64,000 bases of DNA, taken from NCBI GenBank assembly GCA_965372795.1, contig CBDVDR010000017.1, forward strand, positions 1-64,000, given 5' to 3'. Positions 39,362 through 48,330 of this stretch are shown here, piece by piece. Numbering within the stretch: the stretch's first letter is position 1; each line of letters starts with the position of its first letter. The notes under the pieces were generated by a model that had not been told where the DNA came from, made no database searches, and saw nothing but the letters and a program-made list of their open reading frames with translations. The stretch is from an uncultured bacterium. GTDB taxonomy: Bacteria; Zixibacteria; MSB-5A5; GN15; FEB-12. The position numbers and the translations under genes were made by a program.

Positions 39362-40273
39362 TCAAGCAGCCTGGGGGTATTTTATCCCAAACCTCTTCAG
39401 GTAATATATACGAGTCAAAAGAAGTAAAACAACTATAAACCCGATGTAGGCGGGAAAATAGAATCCGGCTAAAAGCGTCAGAAGTAAAATCGGAAGTTTC
39501 GTTGCAAACAGGCAGAGCCTGTCTGAACTAATTATCACAGAAGCTAAAATAATCAGACTTGATATGATCGAGATATAAGTAAGCAGCGGGAAATTTGACC
39601 AGTTGGCAACAAATGCCGAGGCAGCCATGAATGCCAGAGCTAAAATTTTTGCCGTGCGAATAGACATGATCGTTGCGATAGTTTTTTTACCTGTCGCCAG
39701 GTCCCCTTCCCGGTCCGGGATTGTGGTCATGACATGAATAGATGCCACCGCCAAAAAGAAATAGAGCGGGCTATCCCAACCTAACAAACCGGCGTTGTTA
39801 ATATTTAATTCGGGCATCACCGTATAAGGGATCAACCAGCCAAAAGTAAAAGCATTAACAAACAGTCCGGCAATTGGACGATCTTTGAGTCGCAGTGGCG
39901 GAGCTGAATATAAAACCCCTAACACAAATTGCTGGGCGAAAATCATGAATATCCAAAAACTATAAACCGGAGTGATGGCAAACGGGATAATTGATGCAAT
40001 AAAAAAAGCTTTCCACAAATGACGGGAACGCAGAATTTTCATTTGTAAAAATCCAAGTTTCTTATTTATGCGGTCAGATTCATAATCGTAAATTTGATTC
40101 AAATAATATGCTCCGGCAACAATCAAACTCAGACAGACAATCATTAACAAATTATATATTGAAAAAGAATCGTTTGATAGTTCCAGATGATAATGCAGAC
40201 TGACAAGATAAATTGACCAGACCGGCAGATGTAACAGCGGTCGGGCAGCAAAGAACAGATCAAATATTTTCAT
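39362..40273 (-). CDS. UbiA-superfamily membrane prenyltransferase
   Basis: NQIYDYESDRIN, YSAPPLRLK, DREGD-x-x-x-GK-x-T, multiple TMs. Confidence 0.88.
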   Translation of the reverse strand: MKIFDLFFAARPLLHLPVWSIYLVSLHYHLELSNDSFSIYNLLMIVCLSLIVAGAYYLNQIYDYESDRINKKLGFLQMKILRSRHLWKAFFIASIIPFAITPVYSFWIFMIFAQQFVLGVLYSAPPLRLKDRPIAGLFVNAFTFGWLIPYTVMPELNINNAGLLGWDSPLYFFLAVASIHVMTTIPDREGDLATGKKTIATIMSIRTAKILALAFMAASAFVANWSNFPLLTYISIISSLIILASVIISSDRLCLFATKLPILLLTLLAGFYFPAYIGFIVVLLLLTRIYYLKRFGIKYPQAA

Positions 40274-41121
40274 GATAAAAATAATTTAAAGTACAAAAAC
40301 AAAAACGGCGCCGCAAACAGAAGCGAATCAAATCTATCCAAAATCCCCCCATGCCCGGGAATAATCCCCGATGAATCTTTGATATTTAACGAGCGTTTCC
40401 ACATCGACTCGACCAGATCACCGATTTGCCCGGAAACCGAAGCACCAAACCCGACGATTAAAATATGTATCATCGGCAGATGCTGCAATCGCCAGAAATA
40501 TATCACAACCGTCACAACCATCGCACCCACTATCCCCCCGATAAAACCCTCAACCGTTTTGTTCGGTGATACTGCCGGGGCAAGTTTGTGTTTACCGAGC
40601 CATTTCCCAAACCCCAAAGCCGCCGTATCCCCAGACCAGAGAATTGCAAACAGGAAAAACATAGCATCCCCGCCGTTTATGGACTGGAGATCATTCCCGA
40701 CTTTGTAAACAAACGGGTACAACATCCCCAGATATATGACACCCCAGAGCAACCGACTTTGCCTTTTGAACAACTCTGATGGATCGTCTTTACCAAGAGC
40801 ATATAATTTGGTGGTGATTACAAAAAACAGAAAAAGCAGTATCAACAGGGCGGTGTTATTATCAGGAATTTGCGATATAAATTGAGTGACTTGAATATAT
40901 CCGGTTGAAATTAATATCGAAAGAATGACGGTCCCGGATGCAAACCAGAAAAAAATATTAGAAAGCGGGAAACCTTCTTTTGTAAAAAATTCATAACAAC
41001 CCAAAGTTGCCAGCAACAGCACCAGCCCCAAAAGCCAGGTACCGCCCTGATAACAAATCCATAAAATTGCGGGGATTGCCACAACAGCGACTGCGATTCT
41101 GGCAAAGAGATTTTTACTCAT
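40270..41121 (-). CDS. cdsA: Phosphatidate cytidylyltransferase
   Basis: SPNKTVEG, GDLVESMWKR, KDSSGIIPGHGGILDRFDS. Confidence 0.96.
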   Translation of the reverse strand: MSKNLFARIAVAVVAIPAILWICYQGGTWLLGLVLLLATLGCYEFFTKEGFPLSNIFFWFASGTVILSILISTGYIQVTQFISQIPDNNTALLILLFLFFVITTKLYALGKDDPSELFKRQSRLLWGVIYLGMLYPFVYKVGNDLQSINGGDAMFFLFAILWSGDTAALGFGKWLGKHKLAPAVSPNKTVEGFIGGIVGAMVVTVVIYFWRLQHLPMIHILIVGFGASVSGQIGDLVESMWKRSLNIKDSSGIIPGHGGILDRFDSLLFAAPFLFLYFKLFLS

Positions 41122-41134
41122 TAGCTATCCCGGG

Positions 41135-41875
41135 CTACTTCCCAAATCTTCGTTCACGCTTTTGATAATCAGCAACTGCTTTGTAAAGTTCCAATTCATT
41201 AAAATCAGGCCAGAGGGTGTCTATAATATAAAGCTCGGTATAATTGGTTTGCCATAACAGAAAATTTGACAATCTCATTTCACCGGAGGTACGAATCAAC
41301 AAATCAGGATCAGGAATTCCGGAGGTATACAAAAAACTTGAAAACAACTCTTCATCAATTTCATTCAGATTCACATAACCGGCTTTTACCGAATTTGAAA
41401 TCGCTTTCACCGCATCAAGTATTTCTGTCCGACCGCTATAATTCAGAGCCAGATTCAAAACCAGCCCTTTATTGCTTTTGGTTTTTTCAACCGCTCGAGC
41501 CAGTACCTTTTGACGGCTTGATGAAAGTCCTGTTATGCGTCCGGTTGTGATGAGCTTGACATCATTCTTTATCAGTTCATTAAGTTCATTACGGGTCGTG
41601 CGGGATAAGAGCGACATCAACGCCGCCACTTCGGATTTTGGTCGTTTCCAGTTTTCCACCGAAAAAGTATAAAGGGTAAGATATTTCACTCCGATATCAG
41701 AGGCTGCCCTGACAACGTCCTTCACAGCCTTTACTCCGGCTTCATGACCAAAAGTACGCGGTTTATCCCTCATCGCAGCCCACCGACCATTGCCATCCAT
41801 TATGATTGCTATATGAGTCGGAATCCGGTCTTTTTGAGCAAAAATGGTGTCTTTTAGTTTGTCAATTTTATCCAT
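41135..41875 (-). CDS. uppS: Undecaprenyl diphosphate synthase (cis-prenyltransferase)
   Basis: HIAIIMDGNGRWA, FSVENWKRP, DLLIRTSGEMRLSNFLLWQ. Confidence 0.97.
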   Translation of the reverse strand: MDKIDKLKDTIFAQKDRIPTHIAIIMDGNGRWAAMRDKPRTFGHEAGVKAVKDVVRAASDIGVKYLTLYTFSVENWKRPKSEVAALMSLLSRTTRNELNELIKNDVKLITTGRITGLSSSRQKVLARAVEKTKSNKGLVLNLALNYSGRTEILDAVKAISNSVKAGYVNLNEIDEELFSSFLYTSGIPDPDLLIRTSGEMRLSNFLLWQTNYTELYIIDTLWPDFNELELYKAVADYQKRERRFGK

Positions 41876-41934
41876 ATCTAATTACCAAATTAAGAATTGA
41901 TCAAAGTGATAGCAAGCTCAATAAAAAAGAGTTT

Positions 41935-42609
41935 TTACCGCAGAATATTAAAGTCGTAAATACTGGTCTCTATACGATAATATTCGGTCGAGAGCGTTGT
42001 CGATTTAGCCCCCACAACCCAAATCGAATCCGGCATCACTATTCCTGAATAGTCCGTAAAACGGAATGATTTGGAATATCGATCATGTAATTTATCATGG
42101 GGAAAATGCAAAAATAGCCAGTGCATAAAATAATGATTCCGGTCAATAATAGCCAGCCCCACCGGAATTTCGGCAACCGTTGTATCAATATCAAAACCGA
42201 TGGCTAAAAATGTACCGCCGGTGTCATTGGGGTAAAAATTATATTCATATTCAGTATTAAATATATTAGGATAATTCCAATCAATTTCAACTTCCTTACT
42301 TGAATTGACCGAATCCCAGATCAACGAATCAAGGTTGCCATAACTGTAAAATTGGGTTGTGAATGAAGAATCGGTTTTGACAATCACCCCTTTTTTATTA
42401 ACCTTTTTATAATAGGACCTGGTCTGAAAAGAAAAATTTAAACCGCTCTCAATCGGATTTCTACTATCTGAAACCGATTTTGCCCGCTCGGTATAAAATT
42501 TTAAAACCGGATCTGTATCATCGGTATCCTCAGGCACCGCAACAGAGTACAACCCCGCTATTAATAAGACAATCGTAATCCATGATGTTTTATATATTTT
42601 CACTAACAT
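41935..42609 (-). CDS. Hypothetical exported protein
   Basis: 224 aa with signal-peptide-like N-terminus, beta-rich. Confidence 0.65.
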   Translation of the reverse strand: MLVKIYKTSWITIVLLIAGLYSVAVPEDTDDTDPVLKFYTERAKSVSDSRNPIESGLNFSFQTRSYYKKVNKKGVIVKTDSSFTTQFYSYGNLDSLIWDSVNSSKEVEIDWNYPNIFNTEYEYNFYPNDTGGTFLAIGFDIDTTVAEIPVGLAIIDRNHYFMHWLFLHFPHDKLHDRYSKSFRFTDYSGIVMPDSIWVVGAKSTTLSTEYYRIETSIYDFNILR

Positions 42610-42716
42610 GTTGATACTATTATACGTATCTATTATACAATTGCCAAGTCAACAATTTTGGCGACATCATAGCTTTAGAATGAATTACATATATATAGAA
42701 TTATAAAGAGGTCTTT

Positions 42717-43157
42717 ATGCATGTTAATGAAGTATTGAATAAAAAAGGGATCAATGTTATTACAGCCGGACTGGATATGAAACTGCGCGAGGCTATGAAG
42801 ATTTTGATTTCCAACAAGATTAGTTGTTTGCCGGTATTGAACAGTTCTGATGATCTGGTTGGAATTATTAGTGATAAAGATATTTTTAAAGCGATATATA
42901 ACAATGCTGAGGCGATTGATGAGGCGGTGGTTGAAAATCATATGACAACTAATTTGATCGTTGGGTTGATTGATGATGACATTAATTTTATTGCCGGACT
43001 TATGACAAAAAATAAAATCCGCCACATTCCAATTATGGAAAATGATAAATTGTCCGGGGTGCTTTCGGTTGGAGATATTGTCAAGGTCCAGATGACTGAC
43101 ATGGAGGTTGAAAATAGATATTTGAAAGATTACATAGACGGCGCCTACCCGGGGTAA
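42717..43157 (+). CDS. CBS-domain pair protein
   Basis: LPV..LVGIISDKDI and IRHIPI..GVLSVGDIVK, GAGG SD. Confidence 0.9.
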   Translation: MHVNEVLNKKGINVITAGLDMKLREAMKILISNKISCLPVLNSSDDLVGIISDKDIFKAIYNNAEAIDEAVVENHMTTNLIVGLIDDDINFIAGLMTKNKIRHIPIMENDKLSGVLSVGDIVKVQMTDMEVENRYLKDYIDGAYPG

Positions 43158-43190
43158 GGATAACAGTGTTAATAAACACACTATATGTTA

Positions 43191-43798
43191 GTGGGCGGCA
43201 GACGCCCTCGTCTGCCCCATCCTTTTGTCATTTCGTGGGCGGCTGACGTCAACCACACTTCGTGTGCTCGTCTGCCCCATTCTCCACGTAGTATGTTCTT
43301 GAGTAGGTTAGTCCGCCAAGGCGGACGCGCTCCTGACAATTTTATATATTATATCGAACAGATTTGAGGGGTAAAATGTTCGATACTAGGAAGGCAGGAT
43401 TATTATAGTCCTGCCTTTTTTATATTCTTTGTAGGGCAGGATCCCTGTGATCCTGCCATTTTATATGTTTCTTCGTAGGGCATGTTCTTGAGTAGGTCAG
43501 TGAGCCCCGTGCTCCTGACATCTGTCATTGCGAGCGAAGCGACGCAAGCTCAGTTCGTTGTTTCGTGGGCGGCAAACGTCAACAACACCACGTGTGCTCG
43601 TCTGCCCCACTCTCCGTAGGGAACTGGCATGCCTGTTCCACCCCAAAAAACACACAACGTGTGTCATTGCGAGCCATGCGACGTAATCTCAATTTTGATA
43701 TTGTATTGTAATAATTGTCATTCCCACGAAGGCGGAAATCCAGTATTTTCCTTTAGTCCCGTAGGGTATGGTCTCTCTTGACTTCGAGACCTGATCTG
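43191..43798 (+). repeat. Mosaic of ~12 REP-like palindromes from several families
   Basis: Units at 43191, 43235, 43565 (GTGGGCGGC..CGTCTGCCCC); 43288, 43475; 43392; 43431; 43523, 43662 (TGTCATTGCGAG); 43616; 43716; 43761. Confidence 0.85.
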
Positions 43799-43834
43799 TC
43801 AGCAGAAAATTTCGAATATAATTCTTAAGTAGTC

Positions 43835-45595
43835 TTAATCTAAAATTACATATTCCAGATTCAAGTTTCTAATGCTTTCTAGAACCTCTTCATTTACATT
43901 AGGGATACTTATAAACAAGATTCTTTTTGCGCGACTCAAAGCCACATAGTAAATCCTTGCATCATCAGAATCGGCATCAAGATGCTCGGAAGCATTTAGC
44001 ACATAACGTTGGAAGTCTCGCAATTCATCATAGTACACCAAGACTTTTTCAAATTCAGTACCTTTGGCACTGTGAATTGTGCGAATGGTGTCCTCAGACT
44101 TCGTGTCTACTCTGATATATCCCAGCAAGCTTGATACGCTATTGTTTTCGTAGAATGTCTTCGGACTTCCGGGCCGAAACGTTGAGCCTAATAGGAAAGA
44201 ATGTTGAGCATGTATTCGATTCCTCAAATCTGTGTAATATTCGTATAGCGAACGTTGTCTTGTTCCATTCGCATTCAGGTCATCCAAAATACCAATTGCT
44301 GTTTTTCGTAGCTCCAGTAACGAAACTCCTTTTCCCGCTTTGGATTTCAATGGTATCAGAACCTGCCTAATGCTGTCTTTATAAAGACCTTTTTGGTAGA
44401 ACTTGAAACCCTTTAGAATGTCATGGATAACTTTAGCTCTGGCTGAATTCGAATCAGAAGCATAAAGCCCCTTGAGTAGATCGTCGCCACGTATTTCTGC
44501 TAGATTCCTAAGTACTTCAACCTCGCTATTCCTTCTCGCCAAAAGAAATACGTCTTCATGCCCGTTTTCCCCAAGCCAACCAAGCATTTGGGGAGTTGAT
44601 CCCACCAAAACCTTAACCGAATCTCCATTGATTGCGCTTGATGCTGGCTCTTGTTGAATATCAGTTCTCATGCTATTTAACAATTCTATAATTCTTCTTG
44701 AAGAACGGTGATTCTTATCTAATTTGAAATCCCGTAAATTCTCCAATTGGAAATTTTCAAAGTCACTTCGCGATGCACCTGCGAATTTATATATTGACTG
44801 ATATAAATCTCCGATTACACCTACCTTTGTATCGATTTCTGCAATCTTTTTGATAATCCACGTCTGTAATTCTGTAGTGTCTTGAAACTCGTCGATAAAG
44901 ATATAGGGGAACCTATTCCTGACGAACTCTAATACTCTTGGGCTTTTGGTTATGATTAGGTATGAGAAATAAAGAACGTCCTCATGATGCATTATTCCGT
45001 CAAGCCAATATTTGCTTTTATAAATCCACAATTCGCGATTGCTAACCGGTATTGGTGCGCCCCTATTAGCCCGGCATAATAAATCAATCTCACTTCCGAC
45101 AAAGGTATAATCCAAACTAGACAGTTGTTTGAATATTCGTATCTTATTGTCTGCGTAATTGAAGTGGATGTAACTTCTACCGTTTTCTTTCTCAATCGTT
45201 GTTTTCCATCTTCTAATTTTATCACTGTGTGGGATATGATCTTCATGTCCATTGAGTAGGTCTGTATTAAACAACGCATTACCATCATTATCTTTCTCGA
45301 TTAGATGACAAAATGGTTTGACAATATTGCGGTAGAGAAAGCTGTGAATGGTAGAGACATCAAATCTAGATTTATCGCAAATTAGTCGATCACGAATTTC
45401 TTCTGTAGCCACATTTGTGTAGGTGATACAAGCAATCTTCCTAGTAGTATTGAGCCTTTGTGATTCTGTTAAGACTCTCGCCAGATGAGCTACCAGTGCC
45501 CTTGTTTTTCCCGCACCTGGACCCGCAAAAACACGGAAGTTTGTTTCGATATTATCTAAATCAGAAAAGAGGGGAAGTGAATTGATATCTACCAT
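43835..45595 (-). CDS. gajB: UvrD-like SF1 helicase, Gabija GajB-like
   Basis: AGPGAGKT, IFIDEFQDT, GD-x-x-QSIY-x-F, NHRSS, TIHSAKG-x-EF, YVALSRAK, directly downstream of an OLD nuclease. Confidence 0.85.
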   Translation of the reverse strand: MVDINSLPLFSDLDNIETNFRVFAGPGAGKTRALVAHLARVLTESQRLNTTRKIACITYTNVATEEIRDRLICDKSRFDVSTIHSFLYRNIVKPFCHLIEKDNDGNALFNTDLLNGHEDHIPHSDKIRRWKTTIEKENGRSYIHFNYADNKIRIFKQLSSLDYTFVGSEIDLLCRANRGAPIPVSNRELWIYKSKYWLDGIMHHEDVLYFSYLIITKSPRVLEFVRNRFPYIFIDEFQDTTELQTWIIKKIAEIDTKVGVIGDLYQSIYKFAGASRSDFENFQLENLRDFKLDKNHRSSRRIIELLNSMRTDIQQEPASSAINGDSVKVLVGSTPQMLGWLGENGHEDVFLLARRNSEVEVLRNLAEIRGDDLLKGLYASDSNSARAKVIHDILKGFKFYQKGLYKDSIRQVLIPLKSKAGKGVSLLELRKTAIGILDDLNANGTRQRSLYEYYTDLRNRIHAQHSFLLGSTFRPGSPKTFYENNSVSSLLGYIRVDTKSEDTIRTIHSAKGTEFEKVLVYYDELRDFQRYVLNASEHLDADSDDARIYYVALSRAKRILFISIPNVNEEVLESIRNLNLEYVILD

Positions 45596-45598
45596 AGG

Positions 45599-47731
45599 CT
45601 AACTCAGAATAAACGTGATTGCATCAGAAATATACTCTGGTACAACAAATGCTTCACGATCTTCGCCTTTCTCTAAGTTATCCCTTAGCTGTTGCTCTAA
45701 ATAGAGTGCATGTTCACCTTTTCTCTTCTTCAACGCCTGAGAGTAAACAGCTGCAATCAAAGCTTTCTTCTTTCGATCATCTTCCCACAGGCAACCTTCA
45801 AGTGAGTCTATGATCTCAGAGTGATTAGAAAGGGCTTTAATTTCGGTGAGTGACTTTATCTGTTTGTGGGCATCTACAAGACTTATCATTACTTCTTTTC
45901 TGTTTTTGCCACGAGATGGAAACGAGTCAGTAATAAGTGATAAACAGTTGGGGTTATTGAATATCAAGTCATACTCAAGTGTCATGCCCACGCCTGCCGG
46001 TGACGAATATATGCTAATGTTTTGACTGCTTTCAACTGTAGACTGCAATATGCCTACATGCTTTGCCATCGACTTGTATTCATATGCCTCAGTGTCTTGA
46101 TCTAGTTCGAAAGGATAACAACTATGCCATCTAACTTTCTTTCCGTGCTCATTAACGTCTGATCCTGGTGGGGGCTTATCTTTTCTGCATGGGTCTGTGT
46201 CAGTTATGCAGGCAACTTTCTTATTGATTGCAAAGCGTTTTGAATCCTTGTTATAAGTGAATAGTTTCAGGAAGTGGTCGAAAGTGCGACTGTCAACACT
46301 CACTATGCAAACATGTTTGTTCAACAAGTCTTCTTCCTTACTCAAGTAAGAAGCAAGGCAGGGTAGTAATACTTGTTCAGCGAGCCCTTCAACAAGAATC
46401 ACTCTTTCCGCGAATAGCATATTCGACTTTGTAGCGTCTAGGAACCGTTTTACATAATTTTTGGAGTTCACATCTTCTGGCGTGTCTGTGAATACTTTGC
46501 CAGGATAACCCACCTGTTGCTTTCCCTCAATATCTTCGTACAAGCAAATCACCGCATCCAAATCCACTGCGGCAGTAATGTGTGTAGAATGTGAAGTGAT
46601 GAATAATTGTCTTGCCTGCTCCTGCTTTTTGAGGTTATTGTCGAGAAACTGTAGAAATTTATATTGCATCGATGGATGCAGATGAGCTTCCGGTTCTTCT
46701 ATTGCTAAAATGGGGAACACTTTTGCATTGTCGCCCATAAACCCCGAGCGTTGCATTTGCATCTTTGCAAGGATTAGGGCTATGAATAGCAGATTGTTGT
46801 ATCCCAAACCGTTATGCGTAATCGGAAATGTAAAACCTGATTGCTCTACGATGAGCCTCAATGCGAAAAGTATTTCATGCTCGCTGATTGTAGCATCGAA
46901 ATCTGGTTTACCGCCTTTATCTGCCCCTGTTTCTTGCGAGTATTCAAGGATTTTCTCTTTTGAGATACGGTCTATTAGGTGCTGTAACAGAGCTTCCGAT
47001 TTCTCGGAAAACTCTCGTTCTCTGTCTCTAAGGATTGACTTTGTCGCATCGTCTAATTCCTCAAATTGCTTCCCGTTAGAAACATCATAATCAAGAAAAT
47101 AACGGAGTACATCTCTCAGTAGAGTATTGTTGCCATAGAACATTTGTCTTTCTGCGTCGCGGATCGCGTCGAGAAATTGAAAATCAAATCGATCAAGGTT
47201 TTCTGACTCCGCTCTCTCCTCGCGCTTTGGGTCACCTCCAAATATTTGTGATACATACTTATTGATAAATCTCTTACCTATTACGCTGAAGCAATCCTTC
47301 TGGATATAATTTCCTTCTGCATCTTTGTGTTCTTCGATAACTTCCTTATATTCTTCCAAATGCTTACTGGGCAAGAAGAATGTATATGTTAATTGAGCTT
47401 CATATGGAGGTCCTTCGTTGATCAGCCAATCATATATTACATTCTTGTCATCGGGCTTTTCAGCATCAGGATGCTCAGTTATAGTAACTCTTATATCTAT
47501 GCGTGGTGGACTTGAAAAGTCATCGTATGTCTTATTGAAATCATCAATTGTTGGCCTGTTTCTTTGTTCCCTAGCAAATACAAATTGTAAAGCCCTCAGC
47601 ACATTCGTTTTACCGGCATTGTTGTGACCAATTATTACATTTAGCCCAGGGGTAAATATGACTGATGTATCAATAAAGTTCCTAAAATTGGAAATTTGAA
47701 TATTAGAGATATACATTACATTTTCACCCAA
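45599..47731 (-). CDS. gajA: OLD-family ABC ATPase/TOPRIM nuclease, Gabija GajA-like
   Basis: GHNNAGKT, GLGYNN signature, IEEPEAHLHP, ITSHS, TOPRIM ILVEGLAE and DTD. ATG 47716 is an alternative start. Confidence 0.88.
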   Translation of the reverse strand: MGENVMYISNIQISNFRNFIDTSVIFTPGLNVIIGHNNAGKTNVLRALQFVFAREQRNRPTIDDFNKTYDDFSSPPRIDIRVTITEHPDAEKPDDKNVIYDWLINEGPPYEAQLTYTFFLPSKHLEEYKEVIEEHKDAEGNYIQKDCFSVIGKRFINKYVSQIFGGDPKREERAESENLDRFDFQFLDAIRDAERQMFYGNNTLLRDVLRYFLDYDVSNGKQFEELDDATKSILRDREREFSEKSEALLQHLIDRISKEKILEYSQETGADKGGKPDFDATISEHEILFALRLIVEQSGFTFPITHNGLGYNNLLFIALILAKMQMQRSGFMGDNAKVFPILAIEEPEAHLHPSMQYKFLQFLDNNLKKQEQARQLFITSHSTHITAAVDLDAVICLYEDIEGKQQVGYPGKVFTDTPEDVNSKNYVKRFLDATKSNMLFAERVILVEGLAEQVLLPCLASYLSKEEDLLNKHVCIVSVDSRTFDHFLKLFTYNKDSKRFAINKKVACITDTDPCRKDKPPPGSDVNEHGKKVRWHSCYPFELDQDTEAYEYKSMAKHVGILQSTVESSQNISIYSSPAGVGMTLEYDLIFNNPNCLSLITDSFPSRGKNRKEVMISLVDAHKQIKSLTEIKALSNHSEIIDSLEGCLWEDDRKKKALIAAVYSQALKKRKGEHALYLEQQLRDNLEKGEDREAFVVPEYISDAITFILS

Positions 47732-47958
47732 TCTACTTTTATTAAATGTTAATCTTCCTACGCTTTTATGCCTTGCGACTATTTAAAATTGTTTATCCCG
47801 TAGTCGATCCATAAATCTACAATATTATTATCCTTTTTGCTAATAATTATTCAATAAATATGCTCCTCCCCCACTTTCCCCACACTTTCAATGGTGAATG
47901 CGATAACGCACCCCTTTATAAAAGGAGGAACGGTAAGTTATGCCCAAAATCCCAACCA

Positions 47959-48265
47959 CGAAGTATGCGTAAGTATACAAAATTCACAAAATCACACCCT
48001 GCGACAAAACACTCTTTTATGCAAAAACACTCGAAGTATGCGTAAGTATAAAAAGTGAGCAAACGAACCCATTTCTACATATCACATATAGTGTCCAAGT
48101 TTCGCCAGAGAAAAACACACGATGTGTGAAAAATGTGCCTTTAAAGTACCGTAACAGTCGAAGTATGCGTAAGTATAAAAAGTAACAAAACGAACCCATT
48201 TTGGTTGTACAAACATTGCCAACAATGACTTACAGCGAAAAAAATTATATTTTAGGGAGAAAAAC
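47959..48265 (+). repeat. Dispersed non-coding element, copy B, with internal direct repeats
   Basis: CGAAGTATGCGTAAGTATA x3 (47959, 48032, 48159), AAACGAACCCATTT x2 (48061, 48188), homologous to the reverse complement of 26095-26282. Confidence 0.85.
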
Positions 48266-48277
48266 ACACTATGCCAC

Positions 48278-48307
48278 AAAAAAACCGCATCGTTAAATGC
48301 GGTTTTT
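48278..48307 (-). terminator. Intrinsic terminator after frr
   Basis: AAAAAAACCGCAT-loop-ATGCGGTTTTT. Confidence 0.8.
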
Positions 48308-48330
48308 AGAATAATCATTTTATTGAAAGG

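Noticed and set aside
47921..48045. Micro-ORFs MPKIPTTKYA* (after AGGAGG) and MQKHSKYA*
   Set aside because: The shared KYA* is just the 19-bp repeat, the third repeat and copy A do not preserve such an ORF, and the SD lies in a CCTTT/AAAGG hairpin. Unsupported without ribosome profiling.
47959..48201. 19-bp direct repeats as a mini-CRISPR next to a nuclease/helicase
   Set aside because: Only three copies, irregular spacing (73 and 127 bp), repeat shorter than typical, and the intervening DNA is itself conserved in the second copy near 26100.
26095..48265. Inverted element copies as ends of a 22-kb transposon or invertible segment
   Set aside because: The interval holds core genes (uvrC, uppS, cdsA), uppS keeps the same orientation as frr, the copies are diverged, and no recombinase is present.
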